Positions 10,334 through 20,131 of a stretch of 64,000 nucleotides of DNA are shown piece after piece. Origin of the DNA: Clostridia bacterium (lineage in GTDB: Bacteria > Bacillota > Clostridia > Acetivibrionales > JBAZRJ01). The notes under the pieces are model-generated. The model saw only the letters and a program-made list of their open reading frames with translations. It was not told where the DNA came from and searched no databases. The DNA is taken from NCBI GenBank assembly GCA_041662985.1, contig JBAZRJ010000004.1, positions 2,389 through 66,388 on the forward strand, in the 5' to 3' direction. The translations under genes were made by a program, and so were the position numbers. Numbering within the stretch: position 1 is the first letter of the stretch; each line of letters opens with the position of its first letter.

Positions 10334-11122
10334 TCACCAAGCAGTCCATCCACCGTCAACACAGATATTTTGTCCAGTAATATAACTTGAGGCATCAGTA
10401 GCTAATAGAATCACAATTCCTTGTAGTTCATGTGGCTGTCCAATTCTACCTATCATCGATTTTTCTGATAAGCGCTTTATAAATTGTTTATTCTGTTGCA
10501 CTTTTAGGTTTGGAAATGCTCCAGGCGATATGGCATTAGCTCGTATTCCAAATTTTGCGTAATAAGCCGCTATGTATTTCGTAAATTGAATAATTGCAGC
10601 CTTTCCAACTCCATAATTTGCAGGGTTATTCAAAGAAGCATCATCTTTATATAACTTAGGATTAGGTGCTACAACACCATACATTGAAGCAATGTTTATA
10701 ATGCTACCTTTATGTTGTTTTTTCATATAAGGTAATACAGCCCTCGTTACCCTATAAGTACTATTAATAGAACCATCTATACCTTTATTCCATAACTCAT
10801 CCGTAAAATCTTCTAAGAAACCTGATGTTCCAGAATATGCATTATTAATAAGAACATCAATGCTCCCATACTCATTTGCAATGTTTTTAATTTTCTGTTC
10901 TACGTCCACAAAATTTGTAATATCCATTGCAATTCCCGCACACTTTGAGTGATATTTTTTAGCTAAATCGTTAGCAAGTAAATTACACTTATCATAATCT
11001 CTCGAAGCAATAATTACGGTTGCTCCATAAAGTGCAAGTCCTTCACAGATAGCAGAACCTAGATGTCCTGCTCCACCTGTAACAAGAATTAATTTATCTG
11101 ATAAGTTAAATAAGTTTTCCAT
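10334..11122 (-). CDS. Short-chain dehydrogenase/reductase (classical SDR)
   Basis: Cofactor motif TGGAGHLGSAI, NNAY, and catalytic YGVGKAA (YxxxK). Confidence 0.8.
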   Translation of the reverse strand: MENLFNLSDKLILVTGGAGHLGSAICEGLALYGATVIIASRDYDKCNLLANDLAKKYHSKCAGIAMDITNFVDVEQKIKNIANEYGSIDVLINNAYSGTSGFLEDFTDELWNKGIDGSINSTYRVTRAVLPYMKKQHKGSIINIASMYGVVAPNPKLYKDDASLNNPANYGVGKAAIIQFTKYIAAYYAKFGIRANAISPGAFPNLKVQQNKQFIKRLSEKSMIGRIGQPHELQGIVILLATDASSYITGQNICVDGGWTAW

Positions 11123-11182
11123 TTTCCTCTCCCACCTTTCCGCTTTGAAACACTGTCAATATATTTGCCGACATAATAATAG

Positions 11183-11920
11183 TCATTTTACCTTCTTCTG
11201 TTCTGCATTAGTGTTTAATTCTGCTATTTCAGGATGCTCTTTCAAGAACCTAATTATATCGTTAAGATAAAAATCATGTTCACCTTTAAAGAAATATCTA
11301 TATATCACTTTTATATATTCATAGTCCTCTAGTGTGTCTACTGTAAAACGATAATTTGAAAGGTCGATATGGTTAGAATAACAGCCTATACTTTTTTGTT
11401 GATAATACATATAAGGTGTTACATGTTCTTTTTCATAACTTTCTTTCGCTTTATGATACGCTTCATCAAGCAGTTCAAATGTGAATACTTCACATGCAAC
11501 TCCTACAGGAAAAGTACATTTTGCAGAAGGTTGTTTAATATTGGATACATAGCGGAATTTCGTATCTTTAAAATATAATATTGTGGAATCAATTATATTT
11601 GGATCGATTAGACAATTGTCTCCTGTTAATCTCACAATCGTTTCTGCGCCACATAATAATGATGCTTCATAAAATCTTTCAAGCACATTATCCTCACTCC
11701 CTCGGTAAAAGTAAACACCTATACTTTCTAAATATTTCTCTAGCGGGTCATCAATTTTGTTATCAGATGTTGCAACTATAATAGCATCAATCAGTTTAGC
11801 TTGCTTAACTCTTTCAATAATATGCCAAAGCATCGGGTGTCCCTGTATGTCCATTAATATTTTTCCTGGGAGCCTGGTTGATCCCATTCTAGCCTGTATA
11901 ATTGCAATTGTCTTAGGCAT
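11183..11920 (-). CDS. Cytidylyltransferase, SpsF/acylneuraminate-cytidylyltransferase family (candidate CMP-nonulosonate synthetase)
   Basis: N-terminus MPKTIAIIQARMGSTRLPGKIL is typical of the SpsF/CMP-sugar synthetase fold. Start moved to ATG 11920 (GGAGG 8 nt upstream). ORF-track start 11935 is a TTG. Confidence 0.7.
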   Translation of the reverse strand: MPKTIAIIQARMGSTRLPGKILMDIQGHPMLWHIIERVKQAKLIDAIIVATSDNKIDDPLEKYLESIGVYFYRGSEDNVLERFYEASLLCGAETIVRLTGDNCLIDPNIIDSTILYFKDTKFRYVSNIKQPSAKCTFPVGVACEVFTFELLDEAYHKAKESYEKEHVTPYMYYQQKSIGCYSNHIDLSNYRFTVDTLEDYEYIKVIYRYFFKGEHDFYLNDIIRFLKEHPEIAELNTNAEQKKVK

Positions 11921-11941
11921 TAAAATAACCTCCAAATAGAT

Positions 11942-12799
11942 TCACCATAGATTTGGCATAATCAGCTTGTTTTCAACAATATCAAAAGTATTTTTAAAAA
12001 AAGATTTAATATCGATTTCACTTTTTTTTGAATATAGATTTATATATTCTTTTAAGTGATCAATATTGTCTACACCAAAAACGATATAATCAATATCGGT
12101 ATGCTGTAACACATACAATACGGCCATATCGAATGGATTAAAATTGTTTTCATCACATATCTCCCTATATTTTCTCAAATAGGGTTTTGCAAATTTCATA
12201 TGTTTGGGAAGTGTTTCTGGTTCCATTACCAGTAGGCCCTGTAACAAAACGCTTCTAGCATGCACCTCCACACCTTTATCTTTAGCTTTTTTAAAAAACC
12301 TGCATATATCAAGGCGCCTATCAAAAACATTATATGGAACTTGAATAATATCAATGATATCATATTCTAAAGCTTTCATAGCCTGTGTTGGGGTATATAT
12401 CGATACGCCTATTCTCTTAGTTAAACCTTTTTCTTTTAAGCCATTTAATGCTTTAACCGCTCTAGAATCAAATAGAAGATTTGCATCATGGAATAAATAC
12501 CCTCCAAAACAATCTAATCCTAATCGAGCTAAACTCGTTTTTATCCCCACCTCCAAATTATCCACACTTGAACTAAACTTTGAAATTATACATACTCTTT
12601 CTTTGTTAATTTGAGGCTGACGAAGGAATTGGTATAATACATCTTCTGCTGTCCCGTACGCAGAAGCAGTATCGAACACATGAATCCCTTCAGAATAGGC
12701 GGAATTAAGAATATTCAAAGCTTGACTAACACCTGGTTGTGCAAGTCCGCGTATACCATAGTTCATACCTAGTTGAACAGTTCCCAGAGCTAAATTCAT
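11942..12799 (-). CDS. Aldo/keto reductase
   Basis: AKR pattern (LGTVQLGMNYG, FDTASAYGTAE, RVCIISKF). Start moved to ATG 12799 (AAGGAG 8 nt upstream). Confidence 0.8.
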   Translation of the reverse strand: MNLALGTVQLGMNYGIRGLAQPGVSQALNILNSAYSEGIHVFDTASAYGTAEDVLYQFLRQPQINKERVCIISKFSSSVDNLEVGIKTSLARLGLDCFGGYLFHDANLLFDSRAVKALNGLKEKGLTKRIGVSIYTPTQAMKALEYDIIDIIQVPYNVFDRRLDICRFFKKAKDKGVEVHARSVLLQGLLVMEPETLPKHMKFAKPYLRKYREICDENNFNPFDMAVLYVLQHTDIDYIVFGVDNIDHLKEYINLYSKKSEIDIKSFFKNTFDIVENKLIMPNLW

Positions 12800-12842
12800 T
12801 AAACCGTCTCCTTTAAATTGCCATACCAAACACTAGACAGTT

Positions 12843-14030
12843 CTATATTCTGTAATACTCTATCACTTTTGTTACTGCTTCAATAACACTATCAACATCT
12901 TCGTCCGTCAAGGCGTAGTATAAAGGTATTGTTATTATCTCTTCGTATAAAGCTTCCGCAATAGGACAAATCCCTTTACTGTACCCAAAAGATTTATAAT
13001 ATGGATGGTAGTAAACCGGAATATAGTGAACTTGAAGACCAACATTCTCTGCATTTAAAGCACGATAAATCTCATTTCTACCAACTTTTAATGTTGATGA
13101 GTTTATTCTAATTATATATATATGGCGTGTAGTATCTGACTCAGGTATTTCTTTTTGAATCGTAAGCTGAGGTAATTTGGAAAAAGCCTCATTATATTTT
13201 TTGACTATCTCACTTCTCCTTTTTGAGAAAATCCAAAGCTTATTAAGTTGGCTTACTCCAAGCGCAGCTTGAAAATCAGTCATTCTATAATTGTATCCGA
13301 GTCCTATCTGTTCATTATATCCACTAAAAGGTTGCTGCGACACTTCCTCTATTTCTCGTGTTATTGCATGTGAACGAAAAAGTTTTGCCTTTTTATAAAA
13401 GCCCTCACTATTTGTCATCACCGCACCACCTTCACCACATGTAATTGTTTTTACAGGGTGAAAACTAAATGTTGTTAAATCAGCAATATTACCAACTTGA
13501 GAACCTTTGTACTTAGTACCAATTGCATGTGCAGCATCCTCAATTAGTAACAACTGATGACGAGTACATATATCCTTAATTTCGTCAAGTTGAACTGCCT
13601 GTCCCGTAAAATCAACTGCAATAACAGCTTTCGTCTTACTTGTTATCTTTTTTTCAATTTCCTTTGGATCAATATTCCAAGTGTTTGGATCAATATCTGC
13701 AAATATAGGTGTCCCACCACAATACAAAATACAATTGGCCGAAGCCGCAAATGTCATGGGTGTTGTTATAACCTCATCACCTTGATTAATTTTAGCTGCA
13801 TAACAGGCCGCATGTAGCGCTGCAGTTCCGCTTGATATTGCTAAAGCATGCTTGGCTCCAGTTATATTACACAATTTTTTTTCAAGTTCTTCAACCTTAG
13901 GTCCTGTAGTAATATACGGACTTTTCAATGTTTCGACTACACATGCTATATCTTCATCATCAATATACTGTTTACCATAAGGAATAAATGTTTCACGCGT
14001 CGGTTTACCACCTTTTAAAGCAATTTTCAT
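12843..14030 (-). CDS. pseC: UDP-4-amino-4,6-dideoxy-N-acetyl-beta-L-altrosamine transaminase (DegT family, PseC type)
   Basis: DegT/DnrJ/EryC1 fold with PLP-lysine motif SFHPVKTITCGEGGAV. N-terminal IPYGKQYIDDEDIACVVETLKSPYITTGP is typical of PseC/SpsC. Confidence 0.8.
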   Translation of the reverse strand: MKIALKGGKPTRETFIPYGKQYIDDEDIACVVETLKSPYITTGPKVEELEKKLCNITGAKHALAISSGTAALHAACYAAKINQGDEVITTPMTFAASANCILYCGGTPIFADIDPNTWNIDPKEIEKKITSKTKAVIAVDFTGQAVQLDEIKDICTRHQLLLIEDAAHAIGTKYKGSQVGNIADLTTFSFHPVKTITCGEGGAVMTNSEGFYKKAKLFRSHAITREIEEVSQQPFSGYNEQIGLGYNYRMTDFQAALGVSQLNKLWIFSKRRSEIVKKYNEAFSKLPQLTIQKEIPESDTTRHIYIIRINSSTLKVGRNEIYRALNAENVGLQVHYIPVYYHPYYKSFGYSKGICPIAEALYEEIITIPLYYALTDEDVDSVIEAVTKVIEYYRI

Positions 14031-14121
14031 TTAACTCTTCCTCCATTCAAACTTTGCACTTCTATAAGAATTGTCGATTTAATAAAATTATTTATTATGA
14101 AAACCTCAAAATAATATATTT

Positions 14122-15486
14122 CTATTCTATTAGCAATCTTTTGAATTTATTGATAATGTAATTAATTTCTTCTTCTGTAGCGAAATTCTGTAATTGTTTT
14201 TGATATCTATAATCATTTTCATCAACTTTTTCCCGTTCCCTAATATTATTAAAAACACTAATATCGATTTTTGAATTTAATGCAATACTTTTAATTAAAG
14301 TATAAACAAAGGATTTTCCAATTGCATTTTTTATTATATTTGCATAGCTTTTTCTACTTTTATTTTTTTGTTTATTGAATTTTGGTAATTTAAAATCATT
14401 TGTTTTATATACATTTTCTAGCACTCGAATAATTTTTAAATACGTTGCTTCATTTTTATCAATATAATAATGAGATAACAATAATTCTACATCAAGAGGA
14501 AACTTGCACTTTGTTTTTTGAAAAGTTTCAACAAAATCTTTATAAGATGTAATAAACTTTGCATTTTTAAAAATAGTTTGCTCTCTTTCAACTGGAATAT
14601 TAATCGGTCTCAATATATGGCACATTTTTTCACTCATGTATATTTCTGCTAGCGATGTACTTATCCAAGTATAAATCATATCGCATGAAATAATCCATTG
14701 TTTTACTGAACAATTACTAATTACAAAAAAGTTGGAGTACTGTTTTGCTAATTGCACTAACTCTGGATTATTTGCTTCAGCTGGATGAGGTCTATAAATA
14801 AAAACTATATTTGAATTGCTATCCATAATACTTTTAAACCAATTTATAATGATCTCTTGAGATTTAATTGATAAAAAGGCAAATTGATTTGTGTCATTTG
14901 CCAAAATAACATTTTCATCTTGAATTAAACTTTTTGGTAAGTTTACATACGAGAATGAAGATATAAATAAACAAACTTTTTTATTTGTAGGTATTTTATA
15001 CTTTTCAAATAACTCATTCCTTGTTAAATAATAGCCCTTAAACTCTTTCCTGAAAAAATCAAGTGCTATTTGACCTGTAACTTTAACGTGATCTTCCGGA
15101 ATATTACATTGATTCACCAAACGACTTTTATTTTTTTCACCCCATGATATATGTACAACTTTATTTGCCATTCCTGAAAAGCTAAAAAATGTATCTTTAC
15201 TAATTTCATCGGCATTTGTCAAAACCTGCTCCCATTGCATGTTTACAATCTTTTTTACTTTTTTTACATAACTACGAACGAAATTATATATGATATCATT
15301 ATGTAAGCCATGACTAACTAAAACATTTACATTGTATTTTGGTTTCTTATGGTTTAAATAATACCATGTATTCATAAATGCAACAGAATACCCTCGTTTT
15401 TCTAGTTCATATTTTAGCAAACATATATTTTCAAGTTCTCGGGGCTTTATTTCATATAAAAACAAGAAATCAACTGTCTTTGTCAT
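14122..15486 (-). CDS. Uncharacterised surface-carbohydrate biosynthesis protein (possible GT-B, HP-motif; candidate nonulosonate transferase)
   Basis: 454-aa soluble protein between wzt and pseC with no family I can name confidently. Alternating beta-alpha character, an FIYRPHPAE motif and a lysine-rich C-terminal tail. The function is inferred (see findings). Confidence 0.4.
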   Translation of the reverse strand: MTKTVDFLFLYEIKPRELENICLLKYELEKRGYSVAFMNTWYYLNHKKPKYNVNVLVSHGLHNDIIYNFVRSYVKKVKKIVNMQWEQVLTNADEISKDTFFSFSGMANKVVHISWGEKNKSRLVNQCNIPEDHVKVTGQIALDFFRKEFKGYYLTRNELFEKYKIPTNKKVCLFISSFSYVNLPKSLIQDENVILANDTNQFAFLSIKSQEIIINWFKSIMDSNSNIVFIYRPHPAEANNPELVQLAKQYSNFFVISNCSVKQWIISCDMIYTWISTSLAEIYMSEKMCHILRPINIPVEREQTIFKNAKFITSYKDFVETFQKTKCKFPLDVELLLSHYYIDKNEATYLKIIRVLENVYKTNDFKLPKFNKQKNKSRKSYANIIKNAIGKSFVYTLIKSIALNSKIDISVFNNIREREKVDENDYRYQKQLQNFATEEEINYIINKFKRLLIE

Positions 15487-15526
15487 AATATTATTAATCC
15501 TATTCTATATTTTTTAAGAGTTTAAT

Positions 15527-16798
15527 TCAGTTTAATATCTCAATTGGAGAAAACACATTATGTCCCCAGGCGTTATGATACCACGTAAGTTTATTGCAAT
15601 TTAAGCCATCATTTACAACTTCAAAACTAAAAGCTTCACCAATAGCATCGTAATTATCAATGCCTCCAAATCCGTCAATTCTGTAGAAATATAAATCTAC
15701 ATAATATTTCCCGGAAGCTAAAGTGGAAATATCAAATATGAGTTTTGTTTCGCAAACTTCTCCTCTTTTCGCATGTACAGGTTTAATCGTTGTAGATACC
15801 CCAACAGGTGAAGTATCACAATATTTGATTACTATTCTAACATACACATCGTCGATATCATCAAAAGGTTTCCAATTAATAATTAGTTTTATTTTTTCTT
15901 GTTGTTTAAACAACATATCCTCTTTATCTAATATTTTTAATTCTAAAGCCCGTAACCTTGGAATAAACCCTCTGCTTCGTTCCTTGCAATCTAAGTTGTT
16001 CACAAGAGACATTTTACCCAATTCACCAACATAAAATTGTATTGCATCCTCAACATCTCCGTCGTAAATAATTTTGCCTTTGTCTAAAACCACACACCTG
16101 TTACAGAGCTGTCTTATTGTATTCATGTTGTGACTCACATATAAAACTGTTCTCTTTTCTTGGTTAGCTACATCTCCCATTTTTCCAAGACATTTTTGCT
16201 GAAATTTTATATCACCAACCGCTAAAACCTCATCCATTACAAGAATTTCAGAATCAAGATGAGCTGAAACCGCAAATGCCAATTTAACATACATTCCACT
16301 TGAATATCGTTTTACAGGTGTATCAATAAACTGAGCACATTCGGAAAACTCGATTATTTCGTTTATTTTCCTGTCAACTTCAGTTTTGCTCATTCCAAGT
16401 ATTGCACCATTTAGATAAATATTTTCACGTCCGGTCATTTCAAGATTAAATCCGGTACCAACTTCTAACATAGACGAGATTCTTCCTTTAACGTATATAT
16501 TACCTTTTGTTGGGGCAGTTACACGAGATAGTATTTTAAGCATTGTTGACTTTCCTGCGCCATTTGCACCAATAATCCCAAGAATATCTCCCTTCCTTAC
16601 TTCAAGGTTAATACCGCTCAAAGCCATGAAAGTTGCATTTTTTGAATAGCCTCGCGATCCAATTTTTATGTTTGGATCATCTTTTCCCCTAACTCTTGCC
16701 CACCAACTCTGCAAATCTGCGGTAAGCGTTCCTCCACCTATAGTACCTAATCTATATTTTTTGTATACATTATCAATTTTTATTACTACATCTTCCAT
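15527..16798 (-). CDS. wzt: Polysaccharide ABC exporter ATP-binding protein Wzt/TagH type with C-terminal carbohydrate-binding domain
   Basis: Walker A GANGAGKST, signature YSSGMYVKLAF, Walker B ILVMDEVLAVGD. An extra ~165-aa beta-rich C-terminal domain sits after the NBD. Start moved to ATG 16798 (AGAGGTG upstream), 16 nt after the wzm stop. Confidence 0.9.
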   Translation of the reverse strand: MEDVVIKIDNVYKKYRLGTIGGGTLTADLQSWWARVRGKDDPNIKIGSRGYSKNATFMALSGINLEVRKGDILGIIGANGAGKSTMLKILSRVTAPTKGNIYVKGRISSMLEVGTGFNLEMTGRENIYLNGAILGMSKTEVDRKINEIIEFSECAQFIDTPVKRYSSGMYVKLAFAVSAHLDSEILVMDEVLAVGDIKFQQKCLGKMGDVANQEKRTVLYVSHNMNTIRQLCNRCVVLDKGKIIYDGDVEDAIQFYVGELGKMSLVNNLDCKERSRGFIPRLRALELKILDKEDMLFKQQEKIKLIINWKPFDDIDDVYVRIVIKYCDTSPVGVSTTIKPVHAKRGEVCETKLIFDISTLASGKYYVDLYFYRIDGFGGIDNYDAIGEAFSFEVVNDGLNCNKLTWYHNAWGHNVFSPIEILN

Positions 16799-16814
16799 AA
16801 ATTTAACACCTCTT

Positions 16815-17660
16815 TCAAACAGTATCCATGAATGTTTTTTCAATTCTGCTAAATAAAATAACACCAATAAACATAACAACTAAAGTTACAATTCCACTTA
16901 TAACTAAATACATGCCATTAATTTCACCCGATCCTAAAAAAGCATACCTGAAAGTTTCAACAATTGGAGTCATTGGATTTAACATAAATAGTAATTTCAG
17001 TTTACCGGATATTTGAGAAACAGGGTAAACAATAGGTGTTGCAAACATCCATAGCTGTACACCGAAAGTTACTAATATTGCAAGATCTCTGTATTTTGTC
17101 GTTAAAGACGAAATAATAATACCAAATCCTAATCCAAGGCCTGCTGTTTGTAAAATCAAGAGTGGTGTTATTAAAATCCATAAATTTGGTTTCACACCAG
17201 ACCCGGTAAATACATAAAATAGCAAAAATATAACAAACATAGCAAATTGTACACCAAATGATATTAGGCTAAATATTACTGATGAAATAGGAGTTGTTAA
17301 CCTTGGAAAATAAACTTTTCCAAATATTGTAGCATTCGTTGTAAAGGTTGTTGAAGTAGATGTAATACAGGTTGAAAAATAAATCCACACCGTATTTCCC
17401 GCCATATAAAACAAAAATTGCGGTGCCCCATCTGTTGAAAGTTTTGCAATGTTGCCAAATACAAGTGTAAACATTAGTGTTGTTAATAATGGATTAATAA
17501 TGAACCAAAGAGGGCCTAAAATTGTTTGTTTATAGAAAGTAGTAAAATTTCTTTTTACAAACATAAAAACAAGGTCTTTGTATTGCCATATTTCTTTTAG
17601 GTTTATATCAAATAATCCGGTTTTAGGTTTGATTACATGTGTCCATTTTTCATTTGCCAT
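16815..17660 (-). CDS. wzm: Polysaccharide ABC exporter permease (ABC-2 type, Wzm/TagG)
   Basis: Six-TM ABC-2 permease profile (YKDLVFMFVKRNFTTFYKQTILGPLWFIINPLL), directly upstream of wzt. Confidence 0.9.
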   Translation of the reverse strand: MANEKWTHVIKPKTGLFDINLKEIWQYKDLVFMFVKRNFTTFYKQTILGPLWFIINPLLTTLMFTLVFGNIAKLSTDGAPQFLFYMAGNTVWIYFSTCITSTSTTFTTNATIFGKVYFPRLTTPISSVIFSLISFGVQFAMFVIFLLFYVFTGSGVKPNLWILITPLLILQTAGLGLGFGIIISSLTTKYRDLAILVTFGVQLWMFATPIVYPVSQISGKLKLLFMLNPMTPIVETFRYAFLGSGEINGMYLVISGIVTLVVMFIGVILFSRIEKTFMDTV

Positions 17661-18954
17661 CTATTATTATCTCCTTCTTTATATTAACAACATTATTCAT
17701 TATCTGTAAAAATTTTTTACTGACCTCTTCAACGGTAAAATCTTTATAAATTTCTTTGATAATTAAATAGTCAATTTTTTTATTTCTATTTTTTATGCAA
17801 AATTGTTCAAAATCAAATATTATCTTATTGGTTATTTCATCTTGCTGATTAATATTCAACTTCAAAGGGTACTTATTCAAGTATTTGAGTGTTGGACAGT
17901 TTTCAAGTTCATAAAAGTTAACGATTGGTCTTCCAGCACTAAAATATTCGAAGATTTTGCTTGGTAGTTGATTTGATACGGAGTTACCAATGTTCACAAG
18001 TATATCGCCATGAAGTATAGCATTTATTGCAGCTTCTTTTGAGCGGTTTCCGTGAAGCTCAAGGGTTTCGCCAAGCACATCTTTGTATTTTTCAACAACA
18101 TTTAAGTCATTATCTCCTATTACATGTAGTCGAAAATTCTTATCTTTAAGTTCCTTGAATACTCGGAACATATATGTAGGGTTTCTGATCTCTTCGTTAA
18201 ATCGTCCTAAGAATATACAATTTATATATCGATTATCAAAAATAACATCATCTTGAACAGGTAAAATAATAGGTTCAATAATCTTTGGAAACGGTAATAT
18301 ACTAATTTTTGAAAGATATTTTATCATGTTCGGCTTTTTGAATTCTTCATAAACAAAATCCGTAACCACAGCAGCATCTGTAAGTCGTAATACTTTCTCT
18401 TCGAACGCTATAATGTCGGGTAATTCTCTTTTTCCCTTATAATAATGATGCGTAGCATATGGGTCTTGCATATATACAATCCATTTGCACGGAAGCTTGT
18501 TCCTTTTTTTAAGTTTCATTACCGGGTAATTCAAGGCAAAAGGATAACAGACAGGAATCACTATATCAACTGTATTATCATTAAATATTTTCAAAAGCAA
18601 TGATTCGATAAAATAAGTTTCACTCAAGGATAGACGTCCAAACTTCTTACTGCCTTTAATTTTTATAATCTCCTTGAATATTTCAATACCTTTTATATAA
18701 TGACCTGATTTAAAAACTCTGAACATTCCTTGTTTGCTAAGTATATCATGTGATCTATATATTTTTATTCCCTCATAGCAGTCAACCATTTTAAATGATG
18801 CATCTGTATTCTGATCAATTATCGAAACACTATGTCCCAATCTTATAAATTCTTTTGCAATGTTATAAACTATAATACCGTTTGCATCAAACTTAGGATA
18901 GAAAGTTTGTACTAAAAACAGAATATGAATTTTATTCACCACCGCTTCTTTCAT
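17650..18954 (-). CDS. Glycosyltransferase (GT-B fold, GT4-like)
   Basis: N-terminus KIHILFLVQTFYPKFDANGIIVYNIAKEFIRLGHSVSII and C-terminal PSKIFEYFSAGRPIV. Start uncertain (ATG 18954 or 18969); both overlap the upstream gene. Confidence 0.7.
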   Translation of the reverse strand: MKEAVVNKIHILFLVQTFYPKFDANGIIVYNIAKEFIRLGHSVSIIDQNTDASFKMVDCYEGIKIYRSHDILSKQGMFRVFKSGHYIKGIEIFKEIIKIKGSKKFGRLSLSETYFIESLLLKIFNDNTVDIVIPVCYPFALNYPVMKLKKRNKLPCKWIVYMQDPYATHHYYKGKRELPDIIAFEEKVLRLTDAAVVTDFVYEEFKKPNMIKYLSKISILPFPKIIEPIILPVQDDVIFDNRYINCIFLGRFNEEIRNPTYMFRVFKELKDKNFRLHVIGDNDLNVVEKYKDVLGETLELHGNRSKEAAINAILHGDILVNIGNSVSNQLPSKIFEYFSAGRPIVNFYELENCPTLKYLNKYPLKLNINQQDEITNKIIFDFEQFCIKNRNKKIDYLIIKEIYKDFTVEEVSKKFLQIMNNVVNIKKEIIIDGK

Positions 18955-20131
18955 ATAATATCGAGTCATATATTTTATCTAATTTTCTTGCAGAATCCTC
19001 CCAAGTATATTTCGAGCATATCTCTCTCCAGCCGCTCTCTGCTATCGATTCACGTAATTTATTATCGCGTATTACCAATAACAGTTTTTCAATAATGCTG
19101 TTTACATCTTTAGGTTTTACAAGCAACCCATTTTCCCCGTCTTCAATTATTTCCTCAATTCCTTGTGTTGAACAGCCAATTGTAGGCAGTTTAGAAGCCA
19201 TGGCCTCTAAATATACGCACCCTAAAGCTTCTCTATAAGATGGTAAAATAAAAATATCTGATTGCCTCATTTTTTCAGCAACCTGCTCATACGATTTTAA
19301 CCCATAAAATGTCACATATTCTTTTAGGTTTAATTCAGAAACCAACTCCTTGAGACTTTTCATCATTGTCCCAATACCAATTAGGTGCAAATGAAATTTT
19401 ATAGGTTTAATATTTATTAAAATTTTCGGAACTGATTGTATAAGAATATCTATGCCTTTGGTTTCATTCAAATTTGCCACACATAATATATCAACATGAT
19501 CAGTAATGGAATTGCTGTCCTTGGGTTTAAATAAATTGATATCAACACCGTTATAAACTGTTTCAATCTGACAACTACTATAATGCATTTTTGCAAGTTT
19601 ACAAACCTTATTACTCACTCCTACTATACAATCAACTTTTTTCAGCAATCCTTTATAGACAATATTTCCACGGTTTTGTAAAATGCGATGGAGCAATGGC
19701 GGTTCTTTTTCATAGATGACATTCAACCCATGAAAATGTACAACCACTTTTAATCTATATCGACGTGCTATTCGAATAAATACATCCAGAAGAAACTCAT
19801 CAAACATATGCAATGAAATCACATTATAATTATTGAAATCAATATTTGACTCTAATTCTTTAATATATTTCCAAGCCAAAAGCCTACTAAAAAGAAGTTT
19901 TTGATGAGCAGTATACTCTGCATAAACAACATCTAAACCTGCTAATTCATTTTTTTTAAACTCCACGCCCCAAGACCTTTTAGGAATTGGCACTATTACA
20001 TCAACATCGTTTCCCAAAGCAACTAATGCATTAGCTTGTTGCTGGATGAATATGCAGTATTGAGGTGCATCTTTACTCGGGTAATAACGTGATATAAATA
20101 ATATTTTTTTGCTTTTACCGACAATACTCAT
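18932..20131 (-). CDS. Glycosyltransferase family 4
   Basis: GT4 C-terminal motif (ILPSYREALGCVYLEAMASKLPTIGCSTQGIEEIIEDGENGLLV). Confidence 0.85.
   Translation of the reverse strand: MSIVGKSKKILFISRYYPSKDAPQYCIFIQQQANALVALGNDVDVIVPIPKRSWGVEFKKNELAGLDVVYAEYTAHQKLLFSRLLAWKYIKELESNIDFNNYNVISLHMFDEFLLDVFIRIARRYRLKVVVHFHGLNVIYEKEPPLLHRILQNRGNIVYKGLLKKVDCIVGVSNKVCKLAKMHYSSCQIETVYNGVDINLFKPKDSNSITDHVDILCVANLNETKGIDILIQSVPKILINIKPIKFHLHLIGIGTMMKSLKELVSELNLKEYVTFYGLKSYEQVAEKMRQSDIFILPSYREALGCVYLEAMASKLPTIGCSTQGIEEIIEDGENGLLVKPKDVNSIIEKLLLVIRDNKLRESIAESGWREICSKYTWEDSARKLDKIYDSILYERSGGE

Noticed and set aside
16799-16879. 27-codon N-terminal extension of wzt overlapping wzm
   Set aside because: ATG 16798 has an AGAGGTG RBS and gives the usual short lead-in before the ABC Walker A region. 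The extension would overlap the wzm 3' end by 65 nt.
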